Source of the DNA: Welwitschia mirabilis
Lineage: Eukaryota
Direction of reading: 5' to 3'
DNA: 42,535 nucleotides
Assembly: GCA_051453625.1 (NCBI GenBank)
Contig: JBOZIK010000001.1
Location: 35,719,669 to 35,762,203 of the forward strand
The notes beneath the pieces were generated by a model, which saw only the letters and a list, made by a program, of their open reading frames with translations, did not search any database and was not told the DNA's origin. The first letter of the stretch is position 1; every line of letters begins with the position of its first letter. Both the position numbers and the translations under genes were made by a program. Positions 1-11,200 of this stretch are shown piece after piece.

Positions 1-88
1 TTAAGGTGTGAAAAATAAAAAGTTAAGAAACAGTTATGTCTCAAGAGTTATCTAAGACACAGCTAGTTAGCAAAACTATAACTCTATT

Positions 89-93
<5 letters not shown>

Positions 94-143
<50 letters not shown>
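94..143. repeat. Compound microsatellite (TA)n(GA)n
   Basis: Directly visible: a TA run followed immediately by a GA run. Confidence 0.97.
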
Positions 144-144
<1 letters not shown>

Positions 145-494
145 TCAAAAGAGAAAAGAATCTAGAAGAAAAATATTCTAGTCTATGACAAAATGTGTAT
201 CCAAATATTTTCAATTCAATAACATGCACAATAATTAAATTCTATTTGAGCTAAGGGAAAGTTTTGAAGTTTTAAAATAATTTACATTATTTTAACAATT
301 TAATACATTATTTGATTTGAATTCTCTTTAATGAAATTGATATGCCTATAATAAAATAAAATAGTATAAGGCAACTCCATTTGAAATAAAAATCAAAAAT
401 TTTATTAAGGAAAATAGTTTATCACATTCAGTGGTAGAATAATAGAAAAAAAATTCTCAAATAACTAAGCAAAATAAATCACCAACTTAGCAAC

Positions 495-1166
495 TCAATT
501 CTTAAAGTGGCTAGAAAACTTATTTCTCCTATGAGAATGCCTAGTCTTAAATGTTAACCCTACAAAATTCTCACCAAGGGGTAATAGATCAATCTCACCT
601 ACAAATTCTAATAGCATATTAACCTCCTCTAGATGGGCTCACAAAACATTTTGATAAAGTTTAGCATCCCATATTTTTTTCTCTATATTTTCCTTATCAA
701 AACTCAATACAGTAAGACTAAGAATAGGGTTTGTGCCTTGAAGTTGATCGAGTCTTTTCTCAAGCACTTGCATTTGCCTTACTATCTGGCCTAAAGAAAN
801 NNNNNNNNNNNNNNNNNNNNNNNNNNNNNNNNNNNNNNNNNCTTCAATTCTCACCCTCAGATACTCGCTTACTAAGTGATGGATCATGAAACCAAAACGC
901 AATGGAATGACACTGCTTCCAAAATGATCTTTACTAGCCTCAGTGATAAAGGAATCTAAGGTGTCCAAGACCTTAGTAGTGGATTTGTAATTATAGTATG
1001 AATACTGTTGTACCATGTTTTCATATCTAACGGAGACTTGAGGTGACTAGGAATCTAAACTGCTAATGCATATATCTATCTGTGTAGAACCAAAGTTGAA
1101 TAAATATCACTTCACCTTTTTAACGTCAGATGCAGAAACAGGAGAAGGAGAAGGAGTGCAAGTCAT
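495..1166 (-). pseudogene. Degenerate ORF A, ~223 codons, unknown protein (MTCTPSPSPVSASDVKKVK*YLFNFGSTQ...YQNVL*AHLEEVNMLLEFVGEIDLLPLG...FKN*)
   Basis: Track ORF 639-1016 extends in frame up to ATG 1166 and down to TGA 495. The three internal stops (TGA, TAG, TGA) are each one C>T from CGA/CAG. Minus-strand TATAAA lies ~105 nt upstream and minus-strand AATAAA at 401-406 downstream. The frame crosses a 42-N gap. Confidence 0.55.
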
Positions 1167-1270
1167 AAGGATTAATGAATAAAATATGAAAAAGAGTGAA
1201 AAATGATTAAGTGAAAGAATTCTTAAGCTTAGATGAAGAGTGATGGATGATTAGCATGTAAAGAATGAAA

Positions 1271-1276
1271 TTTATA
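1271..1276 (-). promoter_or_regulatory. Putative TATA box for ORF A
   Basis: Minus strand reads GCTATAAATTTC, followed by a pyrimidine-rich leader and then ATG 1166. Confidence 0.45.
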
Positions 1277-1744
1277 GCACAAATCTTACTATCTTGATTA
1301 ACAAGTATAGCTCATATTAAGTTACCTAGTGCACAAATGTTTAATCTTAAAGTAAAGGATTGAATAAAAGCAATATACCTCTTTTGCCAACAGCTAAAGT
1401 GTATCAAGTATCAGCATAAATCTTAAAGTAAGTCTAGAACTAAGGGATTCCAAACTGACCAAGATTCAACTTAAAGTCAGAACTTCAGATTGATTTATAA
1501 TTAGTTTAAATTTCCCAAATAGCATGTTATTATAGGGACCCATCAAATTTTGTCAGCATAAGCTACAGTACCAGGTAATTACCAAAAACCCTACAAATAC
1601 TTTTTAATTAAAAGAAGACCTATTAGGCCATATTTAATAACTCAAAAAAGATTCTCTTTTATTTTTGTTATAAGTACGATTAATAAATAAAAGTTACTGA
1701 TGTTTTTAAATAGGCCTTGATATCAAAAGATCACTTGGTTAATC

Positions 1745-2130
1745 GACACCAATCCAAAGCCAAAGCTTTGAGTCAGATTTCATATTAAATCATTGTAATA
1801 AGAACTTGAATCTTTGGCTAACACTAACTCCAAGTTAAAACTCTGAGCTAGATGTTAAATCAACTTGTTCATCTTCTTGTCCTTCAAAAACCTGCAATCA
1901 ATCAAAATCATGTGATTGACTGATACCAACTCGACATTGAAACTTCAAGTCAGATTTGGAGTCAATCTAAGAACTTCATCACTCAACATACAAGAAAGAA
2001 AAATTGTCTGGTTGATGACACCAATCAAAGTCAAAACTTTAAATCAGATTTCAAGACAGAACATTAATATGCAAGTTCCAAAAGTTGACTGACACCAACT
2101 CAAAGCTAAAGCTTTGGATCGAATTTCAAG
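1745..2130 (+). repeat. Five dispersed degenerate ~38-bp repeats (approx. consensus GACACCAACTCAAAGYYAAARCTTTRAGTCAGATTTCAA)
   Basis: Copies start at ~1745, 1821, 1922, 2017 and 2091. Pairs 1-2 and 4-5 have similar spacing (76 and 74 nt). Confidence 0.75.
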
Positions 2131-2203
2131 CTAACTTTGCCTTTTAAAGCTTGCTGCTAGAAGAGGAATGTCTTATTCTTGATAATCCCTCTTAACTTTT
2201 CAC

Positions 2204-2209
2204 TATAAA
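2204..2209 (+). promoter_or_regulatory. Putative TATA box (CACTATAAAT) for the plus-strand transcript
   Basis: Canonical CTATAAAT directly downstream of the repeat array and ~50 nt before ATG 2256. Confidence 0.55.
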
Positions 2210-2255
2210 TTTGTCATGTGAGTTAGATTTTTCATTATTACTTACTTTCATAATA

Positions 2256-2885
2256 ATGGTGGTTAGAATTCGAAGGACCCCATCAAGAATGCTTGAGTTC
2301 TTAATAACCACCTTCGAACTCTTTCAGTTGGCTCCATAATGGATTTAACAGCCTTCGTCAAGAACTCAAGAATTGTCGATGATCCTCATTAAACTCAGTA
2401 TTGCAGAGATCAACCACCACTTAAATATGCCTTTCCATTCCTTTAACATTCCACTTAAACTCATTCTTGATGACCCCCTCTTTGTTTTCGATGACGTTCA
2501 TCGTAAGGTCAATTTCACATTGTCTCAGCCACGTCAATGTCCATAATATCAGTTCCAACTTAGTAATTTTTCGGATTTACACCTTACCAACATGTAATTT
2601 AGATTTTTGTCAACATCAACAAAGTATGAAAAAGCTTCAATCCCATCTATTTCATTTTAGTTCATGATGGCATTTACTCCTCGACCATGTGAAATTAATG
2701 CAATTGCAAGTATAATTTCACCTCTATTAAGTAAGAGTCAAGTCTATAACTTTTACGTTTTGCATCCTCTTGCATTTTCATGCTCTATCATGTTTTCTCA
2801 TGCTTTCAGATTCATGGCAAGACAACTTCACACAAAAGTTTCAAGGCAAACTCTGGCATTTGGTATCAGAGCTTCTAAGAATTGA
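2256..2885 (+). pseudogene. Degenerate ORF B, ~210 codons, unknown protein (MVVRIRRTPSRMLEFLITTFELFQLAP*...IPLKLILDDPLFVFDDVHRKVNF...FGIRASKN*)
   Basis: Manual translation from ATG 2256 is in frame with track ORF 2664-2885. It has five internal TAA/TAG stops compatible with C>T, and it reads through the PBS. Confidence 0.3.
2861..2872 (+). promoter_or_regulatory. Primer-binding site complementary to the 3' end of initiator tRNA-Met
   Basis: Exact 12-mer TGGTATCAGAGC, preceded by ...GGCA-TT. Confidence 0.85.
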
Positions 2886-2946
2886 ACCAGAATATCAAAA
2901 AGAAGAAAATCAAAGATAGCCTATAGTAAAAAGGTCCATCATCACA

Positions 2947-3549
2947 ATGGGTTCGATGGCCTTCATTGAGAACGTGAAATTTCTTGATGGCCCTTCCTTA
3001 AACCCTCTTCATAAGAAAAGTGACCACACTTGTTATAGCACTCTTAGAAGTTTACAAAACAAATGCTCTATGTTGAGTTTGGAGCAAAAATATTATCTTG
3101 AAGAACTGAATAGAATACCTAAGGAAATACATCTCAACTCTAATCAAATGAAAATGATACTTTCTAGGAAGAAAATTAATAAAGAGTTGGAGGGATTTTT
3201 TGATAGGATAAAAGATTCTAAGAGAAGAAGAGATAAAAGCAATCAAAGCAAATGGGTTAGATTTTCAAAAGAAATTTACTCAATAAGAATTTCTTGTATG
3301 GAACTTCATGAATTTTGTGTAAGAAATTCATGGTCTGAAGAATATAAAGTGATCCATGTAAGCCAATAGAACCATAATCACATTTATGCAATTGTCAGAA
3401 TTAAAATTTCTGATTTTGAGTTTAACAAGCAAGGATAGTTGTAAAGCACTGAAATTGCAGTACAAGAATCTATAGCTTCTACTTTACTAAACTTCTTGTA
3501 CTGTGAACATGCTAAGGGCAATCTATCCTTCAAGAATTCGATGTTTTAA
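2947..3549 (+). pseudogene. Degenerate ORF C, ~200 codons, unknown basic/helical protein directly after the PBS
   Basis: 140 open codons (track ORF 2947-3369); the same frame continues NHNHIYAIVRIKISDFEFNKQG*L*STEIAVQESIASTLLNFLYCEHAKGNLSFKNSMF*. AATAAA at 3670-3675. No gag or movement-protein motif recognised. Confidence 0.55.
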
Positions 3550-3803
3550 GCATCCCTAACTTGTATTTATATTTCTATCTTTTGTATATATTTGTTTATT
3601 AAGAGATTATCAAAACCTTTAGCTTGGAGGAATTGATGAATATAAATTTTAATGTAAATCTTACTTATTAATAAAGTGTTTTCATTATCTTAATTATGTA
3701 TTTTAAATAAGAACATATGTTTTCTTTATTAGTATACTCACTAATTAATAGGTTAGTTAGTTAGTATGTTAGTAGATTAGTATGTATATTTTATTACTTT
3801 GTT

Positions 3804-4072
3804 TCAAGTACAAAATGTCGTGTGGCATAAATATGAAAGAGAGGGTTTAGGTAATGAAAAAGCAGTAACAAACCCCAACCATATACCTATTCCTAAGGAG
3901 TAAAGAATGAAAACAGAAAAACGAGCAAGGGTATAAGAATAGGATAACCATCAAAGGTGGGGATCTTTTTGGCAAAACATTCTAGGAATAGACTAAGTAA
4001 GAAGGTCAAGAAAGGGAGCTCTAGCTATCTTGCAAAGGGCACAGTAGCATTTCACATACTCCAAAGTATTAC
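3804..4072 (-). pseudogene. Degenerate terminal exon (ORF D) with a Cys cluster and one hydrophobic, TM-like segment
   Basis: Strong acceptor TTTTCTTTTGCAG|G at 4072/4073. Translation NTLEYVKCYCALCKIARAPFLDLLT*SIPRMFCQKDPHL*WLSYSYTLARFSVFILYSLGIGIWLGFVTAFSLPKPSLSYLCHTTFCT*; minus-strand AATAAA at 3790-3795. Confidence 0.4.
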
Positions 4073-4320
4073 CTGCAAAAGAAAATGCAAGACTTAGTGC
4101 ATCTTTATGTAAAAATTAGTATTTTAATATAAACCTGAAAGGCATATTTGAGTATCATTGTGCGTATATTCTATTACTTAAAAAAGTAATATTATCTTTA
4201 TTTACTCCTGTTTGTGTAGCCAAGCATCAACTAGGATGATTAATAGTACTTAGAAATAAGTATTATCCAATAACTCATTTAATTTCTATGATATTGCATT
4301 ACTTTCTTTATTTCCCCCTG

Positions 4321-4325
<5 letters not shown>

Positions 4326-4354
<29 letters not shown>
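4326..4354. repeat. (TA)n microsatellite
   Basis: Directly visible. Confidence 0.97.
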
Positions 4355-4357
<3 letters not shown>

Positions 4358-4761
4358 ATTTAGTAGTAATAAACTAATCTGACTAGTTCAAGTAANNNNN
4401 NNNNNNNNNNNNNNNNNNNNNNNNNNNNNNNNNNNNNNNNNNNNNNNNNNNNNNNNNNNNNNNNNNNNNNNNNNNNNNNNNATTTAATGATGTGAGCTCA
4501 GGTTCCATGAAACATAGCAGTCCATGTAGCCGGGGCCACGACACATGTAGCGTGTGTTGATGTTGTGTAGATACACTAAGTAGCGGGCAGTTATTCAGGG
4601 GCCCACCATATAGAGGATATGTGGAAAACACCTGAAAGAGGGATCAACTTTATCTTAGGTTAATAGCAGCATAGTTTCTACATATTTCAAGTATTATTTT
4701 GTATTATTTAATATTATTTTGTGATATTTTCTACACTTGTTTCACCATATAAGCACTTATC

Positions 4762-5752
4762 AGGGTAATTATAAAAAAACACTTATTTCAAAAAATTATC
4801 AATCTTAGTTATTAACAAATAACTTGGAAGCTTAATCGCATAGAAAAATAAAATGTAAGAGACACCAAAAGAAATTGTGCACCAGATTTATACTGGCTCG
4901 ACAAACTTTGTCTACTCCACTCTCAAGGAGTAACAACATGCCTTCAGCCTTTTGATTCTCTTAAAACACCCAACACACTGAGCAAATTACACCACCCTTC
5001 ACCAAAGGTTACAATTCACATTCTTTACTAAGGGATACAAGAGCTCACTCCAATAAGCAATTAAAAGATTTAAATAGAAGAGGATCTGGTGGTTTGAATG
5101 CCTTCATCATAGTAAATTAGCAAGTATGAGCAAGATCTCCAATAATGATAGACATCTTGATGTAGTACAGATTGTATAATTACATCAAAGTTTAGCACAA
5201 ATACTTAAATTTTTGGAGTTAAGATTACAATAATAATCATTCATTCTTTTATAGAAATAATAAAATATCTATTGGATCCTTAAATTTGAAGCCCTCATCA
5301 TTTGACTCACAACCCTAACTATTAGCTATTAAAAAAAATGATTTCTGGTGGCTGCAATGGTTATATTTCTGCTTCAATGTTCATTAGGTCAGACGTCTCA
5401 TTTTTTAAATCTAGACGTCCTAGTTGTAAAGCTAGATTTCTATCAATATTGAAAGCCATCCTAGACATCCTATTACATGGTCTAAATGTCCCCATAATAC
5501 TGATAGAATATAGGATCAGATGTCCCTATTAGAAGCTCTAGACATCCTCATACAAATTTCTCGTGAATAGGTCCCGACGTCTTGGTAAAAAAACCTAGAC
5601 ATCCCCATATAAATTACGGCATACAGGGCTAGATGTCCTATCATATCTAGCGGATGTCCTGATTGGCATAATCTTTAGATTTCCTTAATTTTGACTTAAC
5701 TTTTTAACCAATACAATAACTTAGACATCATTGAAACTTGGATTCTTCCATA
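4762..5752 (-). repeat. 3' LTR of the SIRE element (outer ~45 bp missing)
   Basis: Colinear with 14250-15243 (e.g. AATTATCAATCTTAGTTAT; GACATCATTGAAACTTGGAT). It abuts the PPT-like TCTCATCCTTTTCAATGATGACAA. Confidence 0.88.
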
Positions 5753-6060
5753 ATCTCATCCTTTTCAATGATGACAACCCTGTTCAGGATCTTTATGAGT
5801 GAAGGTAAATTACTCCCCCTGAATTTATGCTCTTGGGTTGATCTATTATCTACAAAATTAATTTAGCACATAAGAATTCTTTGCATATAGTTTAATGTCG
5901 TAGTGTTTTGGCAAAATTTGAGGCACAATTAATAAAATGAGAATATACGATATGTCAAAGATATAAATATACTCATGTGATAGAGTTAGCTATTTAGAGA
6001 AGCTAGTTATCTGACTTTGCTAGTTTAATATGTCAATCTGAATACCTTCTCCCCCTTTGT
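5753..6060 (-). promoter_or_regulatory. Multiple polypurine tracts (Sirevirus multi-PPT signature)
   Basis: Minus strand has TTGTCATCATTGAAAAGGATGAGAT next to the LTR, plus AGGGGGAG at ~5813-5820 and ~6049-6056. Confidence 0.75.
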
Positions 6061-6229
6061 CATTATTGCAAAGTAGAAAAATACAACATAAATATATCTA
6101 AGAAAAAGATGAAGTAAACTTCATTATAAAAGTTTGAGAGTTTAGAATTTACAATACAAAATTATGATACACAAAAGGAGAGATATGAAGTACAAAAAAA
6201 TGAGTGAGAGAGAAGCGAAGAGAGCTAGG

Positions 6230-7290
6230 AAGAGGATTCATCATGTTCAGAAGCTGCTGATTCTTTTTTCTCTTCTGATCTTGGAGGAATCTCTAAGCCA
6301 TAAGCAGATAAACCAAAGATAATACAATCCACTCTTCTACATAGTTTTTTTATAACCTTCTGAGCTCTAAGGGCTATCTCTTTTACTTCCAAAATCTCCT
6401 TCATGAGGTCTTCATTACTAATGTCCGTTGTGCTAATGCCTTCTGTTATTCTTTATTTCTTCTTTAGCGGAGGAGAATAACCAATAATATCAGAGAGCAT
6501 ATTCATATTTTTGAGTAAGTAAAGGCCCAGAGGTTTTAGTACCTTTACTAGTCTTCATCCTTTTAAATGGAAAAATCATGATTTTCTAGAATAATAGTGA
6601 TAAGTCCATCAAATGGTAAGCTACTATAACTAGCAGTGACGAACTAACTTATTTAGAACATGATGAATTTACACAAATTTATTCTAACACCTGTGCCAAG
6701 ATAAAATAATATATAATCACACAATGGATACACTTCATCTTTGTGACTGAGTTTGAGCATGAGGTTGTGAGTAGATATTTGAAATAAAACTCTATAAAAA
6801 TAAGTTAACTTATTTGTGGGAATGCTGGCTCTTTATGGAAAATTTAGCCTACACAACTCATTAGTTAATACTTCCAAGGCCACTGCTTCTTTTAATGAAC
6901 TCACTAATGTAACTTTCGAAACAGACCTTTATTTGAATAACTTACGATAAGAGAAATGGATTCTAGATCTACATCTACTTATCTCAGATAAAATTTATTC
7001 GTAATAACCCAATTTGTAGAATTGAAATGGGCATTACAATAAAATAAACATACCATACAAGTAGAAGCCTGAGAGTCAAGATCTAATGCATATAACCAGC
7101 CTTGTTATTCTGAAGGAATTGAAATCTATCTTTCTCTCTGGAGCCAGTGGTCTCTTGTTAAACCCATTGAACCAAGATTTGGGAGGCTCTAAAAACAGAA
7201 ATCATTCTGACTCTGATTTTGGTTTCTTTCCCGTCCTTAAAACTCCAATTTTACTTTTGAACATGATGAATCCAGAGACAAAAACTTNNN
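6230..7290 (-). pseudogene. Degenerate Sirevirus extra ('env-like') ORF
   Basis: Lies between RNase H and the PPTs, in sense orientation. Coding-like fragments such as FNKRPLAPERKIDF, CMVCLFYCN and YRVLFQISTHNLMLKLSHKDEV are broken by stops and frameshifts. Boundaries approximate. Confidence 0.55.
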
Positions 7291-8244
7291 NNNNNNNNNN
7301 NNNNNNNNNNNNNNNNNNNNNNNNNNNNNNNNNNNNNNNNNNNNNNNNNNNNNNNNNNNNNNNNNNNNNNNNNNNNNNNNNNNNNNNTGAATCCAGAGAC
7401 AATAACTTAGGGAACGTAAAGATGAATTCAGAGGATGAGTAAAGGCAAGAAATAAGATAATAAAGTAAAAAATGCATCTTAAAAGGCTAACAAAAGTGCG
7501 GGCATCCCATTAGGATTATGTCTGCATTAAAGAGTGGATGTCTAAATTCCCAAGGACGAACATTCAGGTTATAACACAAGGGTTTTTGCAATGTTGAAGA
7601 AGAGTGGATATCTAGNNNNNNNNNNNNNNNNNNNNNNNNNNNNNNNNNNNNNNNNNNNNNNNNNNNNNNNNNNNNNNNNNNNNNNNNNNNNNNNNNNNNN
7701 NNNNNNNNNNNNNNNNNNNNNNNNNNNNNNNNNNNNNNNNNNNNNNNNNNNNNNNNNNNNNNNNNNNNNNNNNNNNNNNNNNNNNNNNNNNNNNNNNNNN
7801 NNNNNNNNNNNNNNNNNNNNNNNNNNNNNNNNNNNNNNNNNNNNNNNNNNNNNNNNNNNNNNNNNNNNNNNNNNNNNNNNNNNNNNNNNNNNNNNNNNNN
7901 NNNNNNNNNNNNNNNNNNNNNNNNNNNNNNNNNNNNNNNNNNNNNNNNNNNNNNNNNNNNNNNNNNNNNNNNNNNNNNNNNNNNNNNNNNNNNNNNNNNN
8001 NNNNNNNNNNNNNNNNNNNNNNNNNNNNNNNNNNNNNNNNNNNNNNNNNNNNNNNNNNNNNNNNNNNNNNNNNNNNNNNNNNNNNNNNNNNNNNNNNNNN
8101 NNNNNNNNNNNNNNNNNNNNNNNNNNNNNNNNNNNNNNNNNNNNNNNNNNNNNNNNNNNNNNNNNNNNNNNNNNNNNNNNNNNNNNNNNNNNNNNNNNNN
8201 NNNNNNNNNNNNNNNNNNNNNNNNNNNNNNNNNNNNNNNNNNNN

Positions 8245-11200
8245 TCCTTCTAAGATAGGCAAATATCTCTTTAATTAAACTGTTAGTCATTACATTAGCT
8301 ATCCGATCATGAGTCGAAACATGTTCTAGCTCTAAAATAATGTCTAATATTAATGTGTTCTATTTTCGAGTGTTGAATTGGATTTTTTATTATGTTTATA
8401 GCACCACTATTATCAGAAAATAGTTTTATTAATTGTGACTTCACACCAAAATCTAATAGCATTTGTTTCATCCATAAAAGTTGGGCACAACATGCTCCTG
8501 TAGTGATGTATTTAGTCTCGGTAGTTGATAGAGAAGCAGAATTCTATTTTCTGCTTAACCATAAAACTAGGTGGTTACCCATGAAGAAACAAGCCCCACT
8601 TGTACTCTTTCTATCATCAATGCATCCAGCCCCATCAGTTTCACTATACCCTACTAAATTAATAGAGGTATCATAAGGATACCAAAGCCTAAAATATTGG
8701 GTGTTTTTTAAATATCTCAAGATTCTTTTAACACAGGTCAGATGCAATTCTCTTGAATCTGATTGATACCTTGCACATATTCCTACACTAAGTGCTATAT
8801 CTAGTCTACTAGTTGTCATATATAATAGGCTTCCAATTGTTCCTCTAAATAAGGTTTGATCTATTTTCTTTCCTGAATCATCTTTACTTATTTTCACATT
8901 CATGGAAAGAGGAGGAGTTGCATCCTTGAAATTTATTATATCATACTTTTGTATAATATTTTGAATATATTTAGTTTAATTAATGAAAATTTCATTATCT
9001 TTCTATTTAATCTATACTCCTAAGAAGAAGTTTAGTTCTCCTACCATACTCATTTGAAATTACTTTTGCATTTTTTTGGCGAATTTTGTGGCTAGAGTGG
9101 TTTTTATAAATCCAAATACTATATCATCTACATTGGTTTGTGCCAATAGCATTTCACCTTCTTCATGTATAATAAACAAGGTTAGATTAGCACATTCTTT
9201 TTTAAAACCATTTTATTTTAGAAAGAAATTTAATCTTTTAAACTAAGCTTTAGATAATCCATATAGGCCTTATTTAATTTAAGCACATGATCTAGAAATT
9301 TTAAATACGTGAAACTAGGGGTTGAGCTATAAAAACCTCTTTATTGATATAACCACTCAAAAAGGAAACTTTAACACCCATTTGAAAAAGTTTGGTCTTA
9401 TGGTGGCATGCAAAAGTAAGAAGCATTTGAATGGCTTGTAGACGAGCAATAGGGGCAAAGGTTTCTCCCGAGTCTATCCCTTCTTGTTGGCTATATCCTT
9501 AAGCAACAAAATGAGCTTTATTTTGGATGATGTTGTGATTTTCATCCTTTTTGTTTTTGAACATCCAATTAGTTCTAATGATATGCCTATCTTTAAGTGG
9601 AGGAACTAAATCCCTTCTTTATTTCTCTCGAATTGGTTTAATTCTTGTTACATGACTATCATCCAAATATCATATTTTTCTGTTTCTTGAAAATTCTTAT
9701 GTTCAAGACAAGATAAGAAACAAAGGAGACTATGGCTGATACTCTTTCTGCTTCTAGCGGTTGTTCCTTGATCTGGATTACTTATGATAGCTTCATGCAG
9801 GTAATCTCTCTTACTTCTTTAAGGAAGAGTGCGACAATGATTGGTCTCATCTTTTTATTGACTTGAACCTGAGATTGAGGGTTGATATTTATGAGACGAG
9901 GGTTCTGGCAAAATTTATACAAGGTCAAAACTATTTGATGAAGAGGAATTACAAGATTCATCAATTTTAACATGAGCTAATTCCTCCACTTTGTCAGAGA
10001 CTTTGTTCAATACTCTATAGGCCTTACTCACTAATGAGTATCCTAAGAATATACCATTCTCTGATTTTGATTCAAACTTACTTGTGCGATACTTGTCTTT
10101 TAGAATACACATTTACTTTTAAAAACCTTGAAATAGCTCACATTAGGCTTTCTTTCATATAACTCATAAGTTGTTTTAAAGATGTTTGACTTGAGAAACA
10201 CTTTATTTGAGACATAACAGACTAGGTTTACTACTTCTACCCAAGGTTATGAGAAAGAGAGTATTCATTAATTATAGTTCTAGCCATTTCAATTAGGACA
10301 CAATTCTTTCCTTTTGTTATATCATTTTGTTAAGGTGTTTGGGGAGCTGAGTATTAATGTAATATTCTATTAGTACAATAAAAAACTCATCAAATTNNNN
10401 NNNNNNNNNNNNNNNNNNNNNNNNNNNNNNNNNNNNNNNNNNNNNNNNNNNNNNNNNNNNNNNNNNNNNNNNNNNNNNNNNNNNNNNNNNNNNNNNTTCT
10501 GCATAGTCTATCCCTTTCTATTGGCTATATCCTGAAGCAACCACACGATCTTTGTTTTGGATGATGTTGTGACTTTTATCCTTTTTGTTTTTGAACACCC
10601 ACTTGGTTCCAATGATATGTTTATTTTTAGGTGGAAGAACTAAATCCCATACTTTGTTTTTCTCAAATTGGTTTAATTCTTGTTACATGGCTATCATCCA
10701 GCTATCATCTTTTTCTGCCTCTGGAAAATTCTGAGGTTCAAGACAAGATAAGAAACAAAGGAGACTATGGCTAATGCTCTTTTCGCTTCTGGTGGTTGTC
10801 CGTTGATCCGAATTACTTACGATAACTTCATGCAGATGATCTTTCTTAGTTCTGTAAGGAAGAGTGCAACAATGATTGTGTCTCATCTTGTTCTTGAATT
10901 AAACTTGAGGTTGAGGGTTGATCTTTATGAGACGAGGGTTCTGGCAAGATTTCTATAAGGTCAAAACTATCTAATGAAGAGGAATTACAAGAGTCATCAA
11001 TTTTAACATAGGCTGATTCTTCCACTTTGCTAGAGACTTTGTTCAACTTTATAGGCCTTACTTATTGACGAGTATCCTAAGAATATACCTTTGTCTAATT
11101 TTGATTTGAACTTGCTTGTGGGATACTTGTCTTTTAGAATTGCACATTTACTTCCAAAAACCTTAAAATAGCTCACATTAGGCTTCCTTTTATATAAGAG

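Larger units (their letters stand above)
144..4325. mobile_element. Unclassified, probably non-autonomous tRNA-iMet-primed element (pararetrovirus-like or LTR-derived) with ORFs on both strands
   Basis: Exact TGGTATCAGAGC at 2861-2872; TATAAA on both strands (1271-1276 minus, 2204-2209 plus); several 90-220-codon degenerate ORFs; (TA)n tracts on both sides; no gag, RT or integrase motifs seen. Boundaries are inferred from the TA tracts. Confidence 0.5.

Noticed and set aside
1745-2130. CRISPR-like repeat-spacer array
   Set aside because: The repeats are too degenerate, spacing is uneven, the context is eukaryotic and there are no cas genes.
144-4325. Geminivirus or nanovirus origin for the ambisense module
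   Set aside because: No TAATATTAC/TAGTATTAC stem-loop origin or Rep motifs were recognised; the tRNA-iMet PBS points to reverse transcription.
7487-8290. Long track ORFs spanning N runs (also 37663-38112, 38966-39686, 40599-42023)
   Set aside because: Their length comes from N gaps containing no stop codons; the flanks are LTR or non-coding sequence.
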